Source: Candidatus Undinarchaeota archaeon
GTDB lineage: Archaea; SpSt-1190
Assembly: GCA_964449215.1 (NCBI GenBank)
Contig: CAYVAH010000001.1
Location: 32,865 to 96,864, forward strand
Direction of reading: 5' to 3'
DNA length: 64,000 nucleotides
Part shown: in pieces, positions 56,685 to 64,000 of the stretch
Position numbering within the stretch: the first letter of the stretch is position 1
Layout of the letters: each line of letters opens with the position of its first letter
Notes under the pieces: generated by a model
What the model saw: only the letters and a program-made list of their open reading frames with translations
Database searches by the model: none
What the model was told of the DNA's origin: nothing
Translations under genes and position numbers: made by a program

Positions 56685-57094
56685 ACCGTAGATACTACTA
56701 CGCCGTAGGTTTTAAAATATTGATGTCGGACCTCTGCGGCCAAGCAGGACCTCCCTGTCATGAGTGGGGAAAAGATGAGAGTATTTCCCCTCTGCAGAAT
56801 GGTCATATTCAGGAACTCATCAAGGCTCACATTCACCTGAACACATCTACCGTCCTGCCAGTTACCATATGTGAAATTCCATCTCTCTTTGAAGTTCTCC
56901 ACCTCCCCATCCACAACCGCCCTCCTGAAGTCATACTCAAAGTTTCTCGCCATGTAGAAAGCCTCATCCGCATCCATCAGCACCCCTTGATTTTTCAGCT
57001 CAGATGAAACAAGCGTGCCATAGATAGCATATAGATTCACGAGAGTGGATGCGAGAAGGAAGAACCATGTTATGGCAAACACTCCGCGACGCAT
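56648..57094 (-). CDS. Putative type IV pilin-like protein (class III signal peptide-like N-terminus MRRG/VFAITWFFLLASTLV)
   Basis: Short charged leader ending in Gly, followed by a ~22-aa hydrophobic segment. Paralogous N-terminus to the upstream 97-aa ORF. Overlaps neighbours in the operon. Confidence 0.4.
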   Translation of the reverse strand: MRRGVFAITWFFLLASTLVNLYAIYGTLVSSELKNQGVLMDADEAFYMARNFEYDFRRAVVDGEVENFKERWNFTYGNWQDGRCVQVNVSLDEFLNMTILQRGNTLIFSPLMTGRSCLAAEVRHQYFKTYGVVVSTVCINRSSPLFLC

Positions 57095-57363
57095 ATTCTG
57101 TGCTCACCTCCACCAAAAACTCTGTTGGTGCAGTAACGGAACCTGTAAGGGCATTTGTGGAACTCCTCCCCGTCCACCCAGATAGCAAAACTTCCCGCAG
57201 GGAGTTCCTGAGGTGAATGCCCGTACATAAGCATCTGGGCGACGTCCTGTGCATATACCTCTGTCTCCCTGAGAACCGGAACAGGCTCTGATTCCATAAC
57301 ATAGAACAGGTAAGGTAGGAGAAATATCACCAGCAGAATCTCTATTGAAAAGAAACCCCTCAC
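57070..57363 (-). CDS. Putative type IV pilin-like protein (MRG/FFSIEILLVIFLLPYLF)
   Basis: Leader MRG, then F+1 and E+4 followed by a hydrophobic stretch, reminiscent of prepilin/archaellin N-termini. First gene of the minus-strand operon. Confidence 0.4.
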   Translation of the reverse strand: MRGFFSIEILLVIFLLPYLFYVMESEPVPVLRETEVYAQDVAQMLMYGHSPQELPAGSFAIWVDGEEFHKCPYRFRYCTNRVFGGGEHRICVAECLP

Positions 57364-57382
57364 ACAAAGAACTGCAAATAAG

Positions 57383-57418
57383 CCTTAAATACCTAATGAA
57401 CCTCCAAATGCTTAAATT
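57383..57418. promoter_or_regulatory. Divergent promoter region with two TATA-like boxes (CCTTAAATA at 57383-57391; GCTTAAATT at 57410-57418)
   Basis: Each box is ~22-30 nt from the adjacent start codon (57363 minus, 57440 plus). The same GCTTAAAT motif precedes the 1,893-aa gene at 35909-35925. Confidence 0.45.
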
Positions 57419-57439
57419 CTCCCCCGGACAGATAATTCC

Positions 57440-59020
57440 GTGGCAGACTGGGTCGATGAAGTCAGACAGGGCAGGGAAGAACTCTCAATAGGTTATCTGA
57501 TAAAAGCGAAGGGAAAGCGGGGCAATGTCGTCAAGAGCTACAAGAAGAACCTGGAAGCCCATATGGTGAATATGAAGGTCGATAAAGGAATCAACACGGG
57601 ACTCGTCCCACCGATGCAACCGATGATGGTCCTGCTCGAAGGGGACAACCTTGACTTTGAATCCTTCTCAAGGGACTGGATACTGAAGTTCTCCGGGACA
57701 GGTGGGTTCAGACTAAAGGCTGTGCAACTCTTCGAGAAATTTTACTACAGTGAAGCCTCACAGGTCCACGGAACGATGCTTCAAAAAATAACATACCAGA
57801 GAAACCAGGCCAAGGAGTTCCTCGCCTCCATCCAGAACCTCAAAACCGCCATAATAAACATAGAAAGCGACCTAGAAAAGCTCAACGAGCAGTTGAAGGC
57901 CTTCCAGGACGGGGACTGGGAACAGATAAAGGGGCTGTTCATAGACAACTATGGTGGACCGCAGAGGAGCTGGACCGCCATCGCAAGGAATGTCCCCCTC
58001 GTGAGAATGGCCATGACCTGGTTCCTCCGTCTGAAGGTGAAGAAATCCAGTGAGGAAGACATGCCCATAAAGGAATTTTCCAGGCTGAAGATAAACGAAA
58101 AAACCAGCCCGGATGACCTCAAGAAAATTTCCAGGAGGATAGATGAGTGCAAGAAAAGACTCGAAAAGGGTGCGAAGGAAAACAAGAAACTCATGCTCGA
58201 GGAGATTGACAAACTCGTGAAGGACGAACAGATGAACCCGGCGATAGCAAATTATCTGAAGAGAAAGATTGAGGAATTCTGGAACTGGGTGGTTGACTAT
58301 GTGAGCTGGCTTTCGCGGACCCGAAACAACATAATGAACAATCTCATCCAGCAGAAAGCCAACCTGAAGCTCTACATGAAATGGGCAGCGGACCACATAA
58401 TACAGGCCAAGAGGATGGAAATGAAACCGGAGGATGTCGTGGGGGATTTCCCGGAATTCAGTTTCAAGGGAGCACCAAAGGAAGTGCTGGCATCAGACTA
58501 TGTATTTTATGCTGATGAGGAACATAGACCGGACATATACGAGCTGTGCAGACCCTGGACACCTGTAATAATGACCTCCATTGTTATGGCAACGACCATC
58601 GAGCTTCAGAAAAAATTCATGGAAATGGGATTCATAACCTTTCATGGGTATATGCACCACCATGATGCTGAGATGCTTCCGGAACTGGCAAAGAGTGGAG
58701 GAAAGAGCCTGCTGGATGTGATGCGTGACTCCGGGGCGATAACCGATGATGAGCTGCCAAAAATATTTACACCGGAGGAAATAGAGGAGATGAAGTGGAA
58801 GGAGAAAAAAGGGAAAGAAACTTTCAAGGATAAACTCTGGTGGCTCGGGAGCGAACTGTGGGACAACTTCCAGGGTGTGCTAAGCATCTTCGGGATGGAA
58901 CTTCCGAAGCAGAGCCTTCCCTGGACCAGGGAGCGCAGGGCGGCCTCCATGGCAGCTGATCTCGCACTGAAGGGCGTAAGAGACTTCAAAAAGAGTAAAG
59001 GAATGCTGGTGGTTGAGTAA
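57440..59020 (+). CDS. Hypothetical cytoplasmic protein (526 aa) with central coiled-coil region
   Basis: Clean ATG ORF with no TM and no recognisable catalytic motifs. Confidence 0.55.
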   Translation: MADWVDEVRQGREELSIGYLIKAKGKRGNVVKSYKKNLEAHMVNMKVDKGINTGLVPPMQPMMVLLEGDNLDFESFSRDWILKFSGTGGFRLKAVQLFEKFYYSEASQVHGTMLQKITYQRNQAKEFLASIQNLKTAIINIESDLEKLNEQLKAFQDGDWEQIKGLFIDNYGGPQRSWTAIARNVPLVRMAMTWFLRLKVKKSSEEDMPIKEFSRLKINEKTSPDDLKKISRRIDECKKRLEKGAKENKKLMLEEIDKLVKDEQMNPAIANYLKRKIEEFWNWVVDYVSWLSRTRNNIMNNLIQQKANLKLYMKWAADHIIQAKRMEMKPEDVVGDFPEFSFKGAPKEVLASDYVFYADEEHRPDIYELCRPWTPVIMTSIVMATTIELQKKFMEMGFITFHGYMHHHDAEMLPELAKSGGKSLLDVMRDSGAITDDELPKIFTPEEIEEMKWKEKKGKETFKDKLWWLGSELWDNFQGVLSIFGMELPKQSLPWTRERRAASMAADLALKGVRDFKKSKGMLVVE

Positions 59021-59050
59021 CCCATATAAATTTTTCATTCTGGGCGTTTC

Positions 59051-59260
59051 ATGTCCAACAAGTTGGTTCCCTCCGCAGCGGTTGAGAGACTCGCAAGGAA
59101 GGCAGGAGCAGAAAGAATAAGCGCAGATGCTGTTAAGGCCATCTCGGATATTCTCGAAGAATACGCAGAGCAGGTTGCCAGACGGGCAGTAAAGTACACC
59201 AAGTACGCAAAGAGGAAAACTATAAAGCGCGAGGATATTGAATTATCGGCGTCGGAATGA
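59051..59260 (+). CDS. Archaeal histone (HMf-type histone fold)
   Basis: 69 aa. LARKAGAERISADAVKAISDILEEYAEQVARRAVKYTKYAKRKTIKREDIEL aligns with HMfB ([52 protein letters not shown]). Confidence 0.9.
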   Translation: MSNKLVPSAAVERLARKAGAERISADAVKAISDILEEYAEQVARRAVKYTKYAKRKTIKREDIELSASE

Positions 59261-60267
59261 AGACACTCATAGTTTGTATAGATAGGGATGACGATTTGGG
59301 TAGGAAAGCTTCTATAGAAGGCCCTGTGATCGGGAAACGGGCCGCACTCAATGCTGCCGTAAAACTCCTTATGGTGGATCCATCGGAAACGGACGCAAAC
59401 GCAATATTTGCCGGATTGAAGCTCTATGATGAAATAAAGGACGAAAAGGAAATCGCTGTGCTGACCGGGTCGGTGAAGGTAGGGTATCAGAGTGACATCC
59501 GGATAAAGAAGCAGCTTGACTCAGTTTTAAAGAAATTCAAGGCTGATGGAGTTATTTTGGTGAGTGACGGGAAGGAGGATGAGATGGTCCTCCCAATAGT
59601 TGAGTCCGTTTCCCCCGTCATAAGTCTGCACAGAATAACAGTTCACAGTGGAGAGGAGCTCAAGGGAGTTTATTATTCGCTGGCAAACTTCCTCAAGAGA
59701 GCAACGGAGGACAGAGACCTCGCCAAGCTCATCTTTGGCGTCCCTGGCATAGTAGCCCTTACATATGCCATCCTTGGGGCACAGAGCTGGAGATTGATAT
59801 CCGGGGTCCTGGCGGCATATCTGATAGTCAAGGGTCTTCAGCTCGAAAGGCCGGTGGGGGGTCTCTTCAATTATTTCAAAAGGTCCTTCCTGAACCTGAG
59901 TCTGTCCTTCTTTCTCTACCTGGTTTCGATGGTCCTTGTCGTGATAGCAACCGTCAAGACAACATATATTCAAGCGACCTCAACCATGGAGCTGGTGGCG
60001 CGAATCTCAGTTGACACAGGACCTCTCTTCTTTTACAGCGTGCTATCCCTTCTCGTCGGACTCGCCATAGACTCCTTGCCCAACCGGCAGAAAGCCTATA
60101 GCTTCATCAGTGCTGGTGTGGGACTTGGCGTCGTTTCCCTGGTCGCGAGAAGCGTGGGCTCCTGGGTTTTAGACCCCACTTACCCGTTGTCATATGTTGT
60201 TACTACGACCCTGTTGGGTCTTATTGTCGTAACTCTCGTTAAGCTATCATCTAAATTCATAAGATAG
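59257..60267 (+). CDS. DUF373-like archaeal integral membrane protein, ATGA-coupled to the histone gene
   Basis: N-terminal MKTLIVCIDRDDDLGRKA resembles the conserved start of the archaeal DUF373 family. C-terminal half has multiple TM helices. Confidence 0.5.
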   Translation: MKTLIVCIDRDDDLGRKASIEGPVIGKRAALNAAVKLLMVDPSETDANAIFAGLKLYDEIKDEKEIAVLTGSVKVGYQSDIRIKKQLDSVLKKFKADGVILVSDGKEDEMVLPIVESVSPVISLHRITVHSGEELKGVYYSLANFLKRATEDRDLAKLIFGVPGIVALTYAILGAQSWRLISGVLAAYLIVKGLQLERPVGGLFNYFKRSFLNLSLSFFLYLVSMVLVVIATVKTTYIQATSTMELVARISVDTGPLFFYSVLSLLVGLAIDSLPNRQKAYSFISAGVGLGVVSLVARSVGSWVLDPTYPLSYVVTTTLLGLIVVTLVKLSSKFIR

Positions 60268-60344
60268 TAGTTACGTAATACTGCACTAAAACAGTTACTT
60301 TCTAAAATACATAACATATTAAAACATAAACAAAAAAGCATCAC

Positions 60345-60632
60345 GTGGGAAGCAAACAGATTGACGGAATGTTCCTGCACGAGAAGCCAGCAAGGCTGCT
60401 AATAAAGATAAAGGAAGGAAAGGGAACAAAGTATGCTTCTGTTCTGGCAAAGGAAGTGGACTGCACATATTCCCACTGCATCAGGATTTTACAGAGCATG
60501 GAAAAACTCGGGCTCATTTCCTTCAAAAAAGGTGGCAGGACGAAGATGGTGTCCATGACAAAATTCGGTGAGGACGTCGCCTTCGCACTCGAAAACATCT
60601 ACCGCCTTTTTGACCGCTCACCTAAGAGATGA
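60345..60632 (+). CDS. Small winged-helix DNA-binding protein / putative transcriptional regulator
   Basis: 95 aa with helix-turn-helix-like core ASVLAKEVDCTYSHCIRILQSMEKLGLISFKKGG. Confidence 0.45.
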   Translation: MGSKQIDGMFLHEKPARLLIKIKEGKGTKYASVLAKEVDCTYSHCIRILQSMEKLGLISFKKGGRTKMVSMTKFGEDVAFALENIYRLFDRSPKR

Positions 60633-61103
60633 AATCTCGGTCACATAGGACTCTATTCTGTCCAGCAGTTCCTCCAGGACATACCGCCGAAAGACCCTGA
60701 AAGCCACTGAAAGATCCCCTTCTGCCAGCCTGTAATTCTTTCTCCCCTCAACAAGCCTCAGGGCCTTCAGCCGTTCGAGATGATACCTGACTGCAGATGG
60801 TGTTATTTTTGCCATTTGGGCCAGTTCAGTGACCGAAACAGAGCTTTTCTGTAGAAACGCCCGGAATATTGCCTCCAGGGGGCTCTTTGAGTCACCCGGG
60901 CGGATAAGCCCCATAGAAAGCAAAAAAACACGCAAATCTCTTTCAGCATTCCCGCTCGGGGGTTCATATTTTCTCAGTGTAATTTCAAATATTGGCGAAT
61001 CTCCCATAATATTTCGCAGGTCGGCGAAACTATTAAGGTTTGCCTCCAGAGCACGCCTAAAGGTGATTGTGCGTGAGCCATTCCCGGGAACCCTATTCCG
61101 CAC
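60618..61103 (-). CDS. ArsR-family winged-HTH transcriptional regulator
   Basis: VSVTELAQMAKITPSAVRYHLERLKALRLVE matches the ArsR/SmtB HTH signature. Confidence 0.7.
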   Translation of the reverse strand: MRNRVPGNGSRTITFRRALEANLNSFADLRNIMGDSPIFEITLRKYEPPSGNAERDLRVFLLSMGLIRPGDSKSPLEAIFRAFLQKSSVSVTELAQMAKITPSAVRYHLERLKALRLVEGRKNYRLAEGDLSVAFRVFRRYVLEELLDRIESYVTEISSLR

Positions 61104-61119
61104 AACCCTGAAAAAGTAT

Positions 61120-61215
61120 TTATATGTGCGAAAATTTACACATTATGTCCGAAAAATGCTGTTTTACCAAGAGGGGGTAGAAATTTCGGAAAAACAGCGA
61201 AAAATTTCGCGGAAC
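61120..61215. promoter_or_regulatory. Divergent promoter/operator region between ArsR-family and wHTH regulator genes with repeated CGAAAAAT/AAATTTCG motifs and strong SD (GGGAGGTGG)
   Basis: Direct and inverted copies read directly: gcgaaaattt (61127), ccgaaaaatg (61150), gaaatttcggaaaaacagcgaaaaatttcgcgg (61180-61212). Confidence 0.4.
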
Positions 61216-61226
61216 AGGGAGGTGGT

Positions 61227-61613
61227 TTGATGCTCGAAATAGCTGTAAATGAAGTGCCACTTTCTGGAATAAAGTCTGCTGAACAGCTTGCGGCCTTCGT
61301 GCTGAAGTCTCTCGGTCTATCAGATCTCAATGACGAAAGGGATGTGGACATCCTGATAGCCTTCATAAGGAATAAAGGAGGGTTGAAGGTATACGAGCTA
61401 AAGGAGATTGCCGGGCTGGGGCAGACCGCCACATACTCAAGAATAAAGAAGTTCCTGAATGCGGGGCTCATCTACAAGGCCAAAGGCTCAGTCTATCGCC
61501 TCCGGGAAAGAACCCTGAAGGACACCCTGGACTTCCGCGTGCGCAAGGATATTGAAAGAGTTTTTAACAGCATAGTGGAGGTTAGCGAGGAACTGGAAAA
61601 GAAAATCAAGTAA
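61227..61613 (+). CDS. Winged-HTH transcriptional regulator (128 aa)
   Basis: HTH-like LKVYELKEIAGLGQTATYSRIKKFLNAGLIYKAKG. Confidence 0.5.
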   Translation: MMLEIAVNEVPLSGIKSAEQLAAFVLKSLGLSDLNDERDVDILIAFIRNKGGLKVYELKEIAGLGQTATYSRIKKFLNAGLIYKAKGSVYRLRERTLKDTLDFRVRKDIERVFNSIVEVSEELEKKIK

Positions 61614-61780
61614 ATTTCCACAAAAAACTATTTTGTTTTTACAAATAGATGTTTGCCACAAAACTTGAAAAGTTGCTGAAAAACACATATAATTCCTGCG
61701 AGCTATACGAAAAATAGGCAAAACTGTAAGCACTTGGAAAGGACAAACGAAGGCAGCGGCACACAAAAAACACGGCTGAC

Positions 61781-61853
61781 AGCCCCGTGGTGTAGTGGTC
61801 AAGCATGCGGGACTTTGGATCCCGAGACCCCGGTTCGAATCCGGGCGGGGCTA
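61781..61853 (+). tRNA. tRNA-Gln (anticodon TTG)
   Basis: Acceptor AGCCCCG/CGGGGCT, anticodon stem CGGGA/TCCCG with loop CT-TTG-GA, T-arm CCCGG-TTCGAAT-CCGGG, discriminator A. Confidence 0.7.
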
Positions 61854-61924
61854 TCCCGGACAGGGCGCACCCGGAGTCACAAGTTCTTATAAAAAACAAA
61901 AAACTTTTTAGAGCAGACTCTTTG

Positions 61925-62030
61925 AGCTTCGTTGACATCAATTAACCCAGATTGACGCTCAATAACGTCAAAAATCAAACCAATTTGACGTCATTTGCGC
62001 TCATTGCAGGGATTTGATGTTAATATCAAT
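61925..62030. repeat. Iteron-like array of TTGAC...CAAT(A/T)AAC direct repeats and a TGACGTCA palindrome downstream of tRNA-Gln and upstream of the helicase gene
   Basis: TTGACatCAATtAAC (61932), TTGACgctCAATAAC (61952, 20 bp later), TTGACGTCAtttgcgctCATTGC (61985, containing palindrome TGACGTCA). Inverted repeat TTGACG-n8-CGTCAA at 61952-61971. Confidence 0.5.
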
Positions 62031-62173
62031 CTCAAATAAGGGCAAATAAGGTCAAGTAAGCGTAAAAGAGCTCAATGATGTTAGTGATTTCTGTTTCTGT
62101 TAAGTGAATTTTTGCATGTCACCATCAGGTAGATTATTCCACTTATAAAGAACCCCAATTTGTGAGAGTTATT

Positions 62174-64000
62174 ATGAGTGGTGATGATGTCTTTGAGCTC
62201 GTTGGACACAGAATTGTGAGAGCTTTTGGGCTGGAAAGGCCCACCAGGGTGCAGAAAGTGAGCATTCCGGAGCTTTTGAGAGGGAAAGAATGCCTCATTG
62301 TGGCAGAAACTGGAAGCGGAAAAACAGAAGCGGTAATGATACCAATACTAAAAATGCTTCCAAGAGAGCCCCTGGCCTGCATTTATGTAACTCCCCTGCG
62401 CGCGCTGAATCGGGATATATTCACCCGGATGAAAAAAGCCTGTGAATCCCTGGACTTCAAAATAGAAACCCGCCATGGAGACACCAGCCAACGTGCACGC
62501 CATGAACAGCTCAAAGATCCGCCAAACATACTGGTTACAACTCCTGAAACCCTGCAGGCAATACTCGTCGCACCAAAGTTCCGGCAATACCTGAGAAACA
62601 CCCGCTTTGTTGTCGTTGACGAAATTCATGAACTTCTGGACAACAAGCGCGGGCCGCAGCTCGCATGTGCCATCGCCAGATTGAGACGCGTGGCCAACTT
62701 CAAATTACACGGGCTGTCCGCAACAATCTCGGAACCAAAAAAGGTTGCCGCATACTTCTGGGGTGAAAATGTCAAAACGATAGTCAGCAAAGATGAAAAG
62801 GTTAAGGAAATCACGGTCGAAGTTCCAGGATGCACGGAAGAAGATTCCGCAACCTCAAGAGAGTCAGGTATGCCGCTGCAAACTGTGGCAAAACTGCGAC
62901 GCATCAATGAGCTCATTTCAAGAAGCACAATAATCTTCACAAACACAAGAAGCACGGCTGAGATTTTAACCAGCCGGTTGAAAAGATTAATTAACATCAA
63001 AGTGCATCACGGAAGTCTCAGCAAGGAACACAGGGAGTCTGTGGAGAAGGAATTCAAAGAGGGTATAATTGACAAAGTCGTTTCCACCAGCTCACTCGAG
63101 CTCGGGATTGATGTGGGCCACGTGGAGCAGGTAATACAATATGGCTCACCCCGCAGGGCGGATGCATTCACACAAAGGGTCGGGAGGAGCGGACACTTCA
63201 TCCACAGAAAATCGCGGGGGGTCATCATATGTGATGTTGGAGAGGCTGCGGAAAGCGCTGTGATCGCAAGAAGAGTTTTGAGCGGGGAACTCGAACCAAT
63301 CGAAACCATGGAGTGCCCCCTGGATGTCCTGGCGCATCAGCTCGTCGGACTAGTACTGGAAGAACGCGAAGTGTCCATTCCCGAGGCAGTCCAACTCTTC
63401 AAGTCCACCTGGGTTTTCAGAAAACTGACCATGGAAGATTTCATGAGAACTCTCACACTACTCGAACAGCTGGGGTATATCAGAAGAGATGGGGACTTCT
63501 ACCGGAGACGGGTAAGGGCGTGGAAATACTACTACAACAACATATCAACAATCCCAGATGAACGAAAGTGCAAGCTCATAGACAGCACCACAAGAAGGCC
63601 CATCGCCACCCTGGATGCTGAATTTGTTGAAGAGCTGCAACCTGGAGAGCGCTTTGTGGTCGCGGGCACCACATGGAGTGTCGTGAGCAAGGAAGGGGAC
63701 CGCCTGTTCGCCACAAACACCGGGGAAACTGATGCAGTAGCCACGTGGTCCGGGGAGCTCATCCCCGTGGACTTCTCAGTCGCCAGGGAGATCCCGGACG
63801 CCATAAACTCGCCAGAAAAATATCCCCTTGAAAAAAGGACCGCCGAAGAGGTAAAAAAGCTGGGGGAATACTCTAAAAACATCAGGGTAGAGACCCACAG
63901 AGACCTCACCATAATAATTACCTGGGCGGGGAACAAGGTCAACAACACACTTGCTCACATTATAGGGGCTTTCCTCGCAGCACAGTTTGGAGAAAACGTG
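62174..64000 (+). CDS. lhr: Lhr-type ATP-dependent DEAD/DExH-box helicase (3' end beyond window; not in supplied ORF track because no in-window stop)
   Basis: Translated by hand from ATG 62174. Motif I AETGSGKT, Ib TPLRAL, DExH VVVDEIHEL, motif VI QRVGRSGH. ~609 codons open to the window end. Confidence 0.8.
   Translation, partial: MSGDDVFELVGHRIVRAFGLERPTRVQKVSIPELLRGKECLIVAETGSGKTEAVMIPILKMLPREPLACIYVTPLRALNRDIFTRMKKACESLDFKIETRHGDTSQRARHEQLKDPPNILVTTPETLQAILVAPKFRQYLRNTRFVVVDEIHELLDNKRGPQLACAIARLRRVANFKLHGLSATISEPKKVAAYFWGENVKTIVSKDEKVKEITVEVPGCTEEDSATSRESGMPLQTVAKLRRINELISRSTIIFTNTRSTAEILTSRLKRLINIKVHHGSLSKEHRESVEKEFKEGIIDKVVSTSSLELGIDVGHVEQVIQYGSPRRADAFTQRVGRSGHFIHRKSRGVIICDVGEAAESAVIARRVLSGELEPIETMECPLDVLAHQLVGLVLEEREVSIPEAVQLFKSTWVFRKLTMEDFMRTLTLLEQLGYIRRDGDFYRRRVRAWKYYYNNISTIPDERKCKLIDSTTRRPIATLDAEFVEELQPGERFVVAGTTWSVVSKEGDRLFATNTGETDAVATWSGELIPVDFSVAREIPDAINSPEKYPLEKRTAEEVKKLGEYSKNIRVETHRDLTIIITWAGNKVNNTLAHIIGAFLAAQFGENV

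Noticed and set aside
62076-62140. Candidate C/D-box sRNA (ATGATGT ... CTGT ... GTGAATT ... CAGG) in the tRNA-Gln/lhr spacer
   Set aside because: The C box is imperfect, there is no clean CTGA D box and no terminal stem, so it is more likely promoter sequence for lhr.
62143-63958. Series of minus-strand ORFs (62143-62382, 62348-62629, 62626-63000, 63007-63309, 63532-63948)
   Set aside because: All are antisense to the hand-translated Lhr helicase ORF, which has canonical SF2 motifs.

Overview
This 64 kb window appears to be archaeal chromosome. The evidence is an HMf-type archaeal histone, a thermosome (group II chaperonin), archaeal-type PheS/PheT, an intron-containing tRNA, TATA/BRE-like promoters ~25 nt upstream of tRNA genes, and ATGA-coupled operons. 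GC looks roughly 50% by eye.

The first 28.4 kb is one continuous ORF, open at the 5' window edge (at least 9,461 codons in the window). It encodes a giant repeat protein built from ~21 tandem ~320-aa tri-domain units with recurring GGWGE...DxDxD, PDC..CYKD and YNCTW motifs, extremely dense in N-glycosylation sequons and conserved cysteines. Its C-terminal ~2,000 aa has a different domain set, followed by a Gly/Ala linker and a single TM helix. It ends in a cytoplasmic HerA/FtsK-like (DUF87) P-loop ATPase domain with clear Walker A/B motifs and a Lys-rich tail.

This gene is translationally coupled to a small membrane-anchored protein and a K/E-rich coiled-coil protein. The operon converges on a 1,893-aa S-layer-like glycoprotein with a coiled-coil stalk and C-terminal membrane anchor. 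This cluster is the candidate novel cell-surface machine in the window.

The remaining ~28 kb carries mostly housekeeping genes: cysS, pheST, the thermosome, an aldehyde dehydrogenase, Nif3, endonuclease III, Mpg glycosylase, a CcdA/CPHC-thioredoxin pair, an amino-acid permease, a CDP-alcohol phosphatidyltransferase, a DPPR-synthase-like UbiA prenyltransferase, the histone and a DUF373 membrane protein, and several wHTH/ArsR regulators. There are four tRNA genes: Asn-GTT with a 30-nt intron, Ser-GGA preceded by a 24-nt duplicated 5' half plus duplicated promoter, Pro-TGG and Gln-TTG. It also carries a putative pilin-like operon with two surface-anchored proteins, and a 3'-truncated Lhr-type helicase gene that the ORF track missed. 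No CRISPR array, rRNA or obvious transposase was seen.
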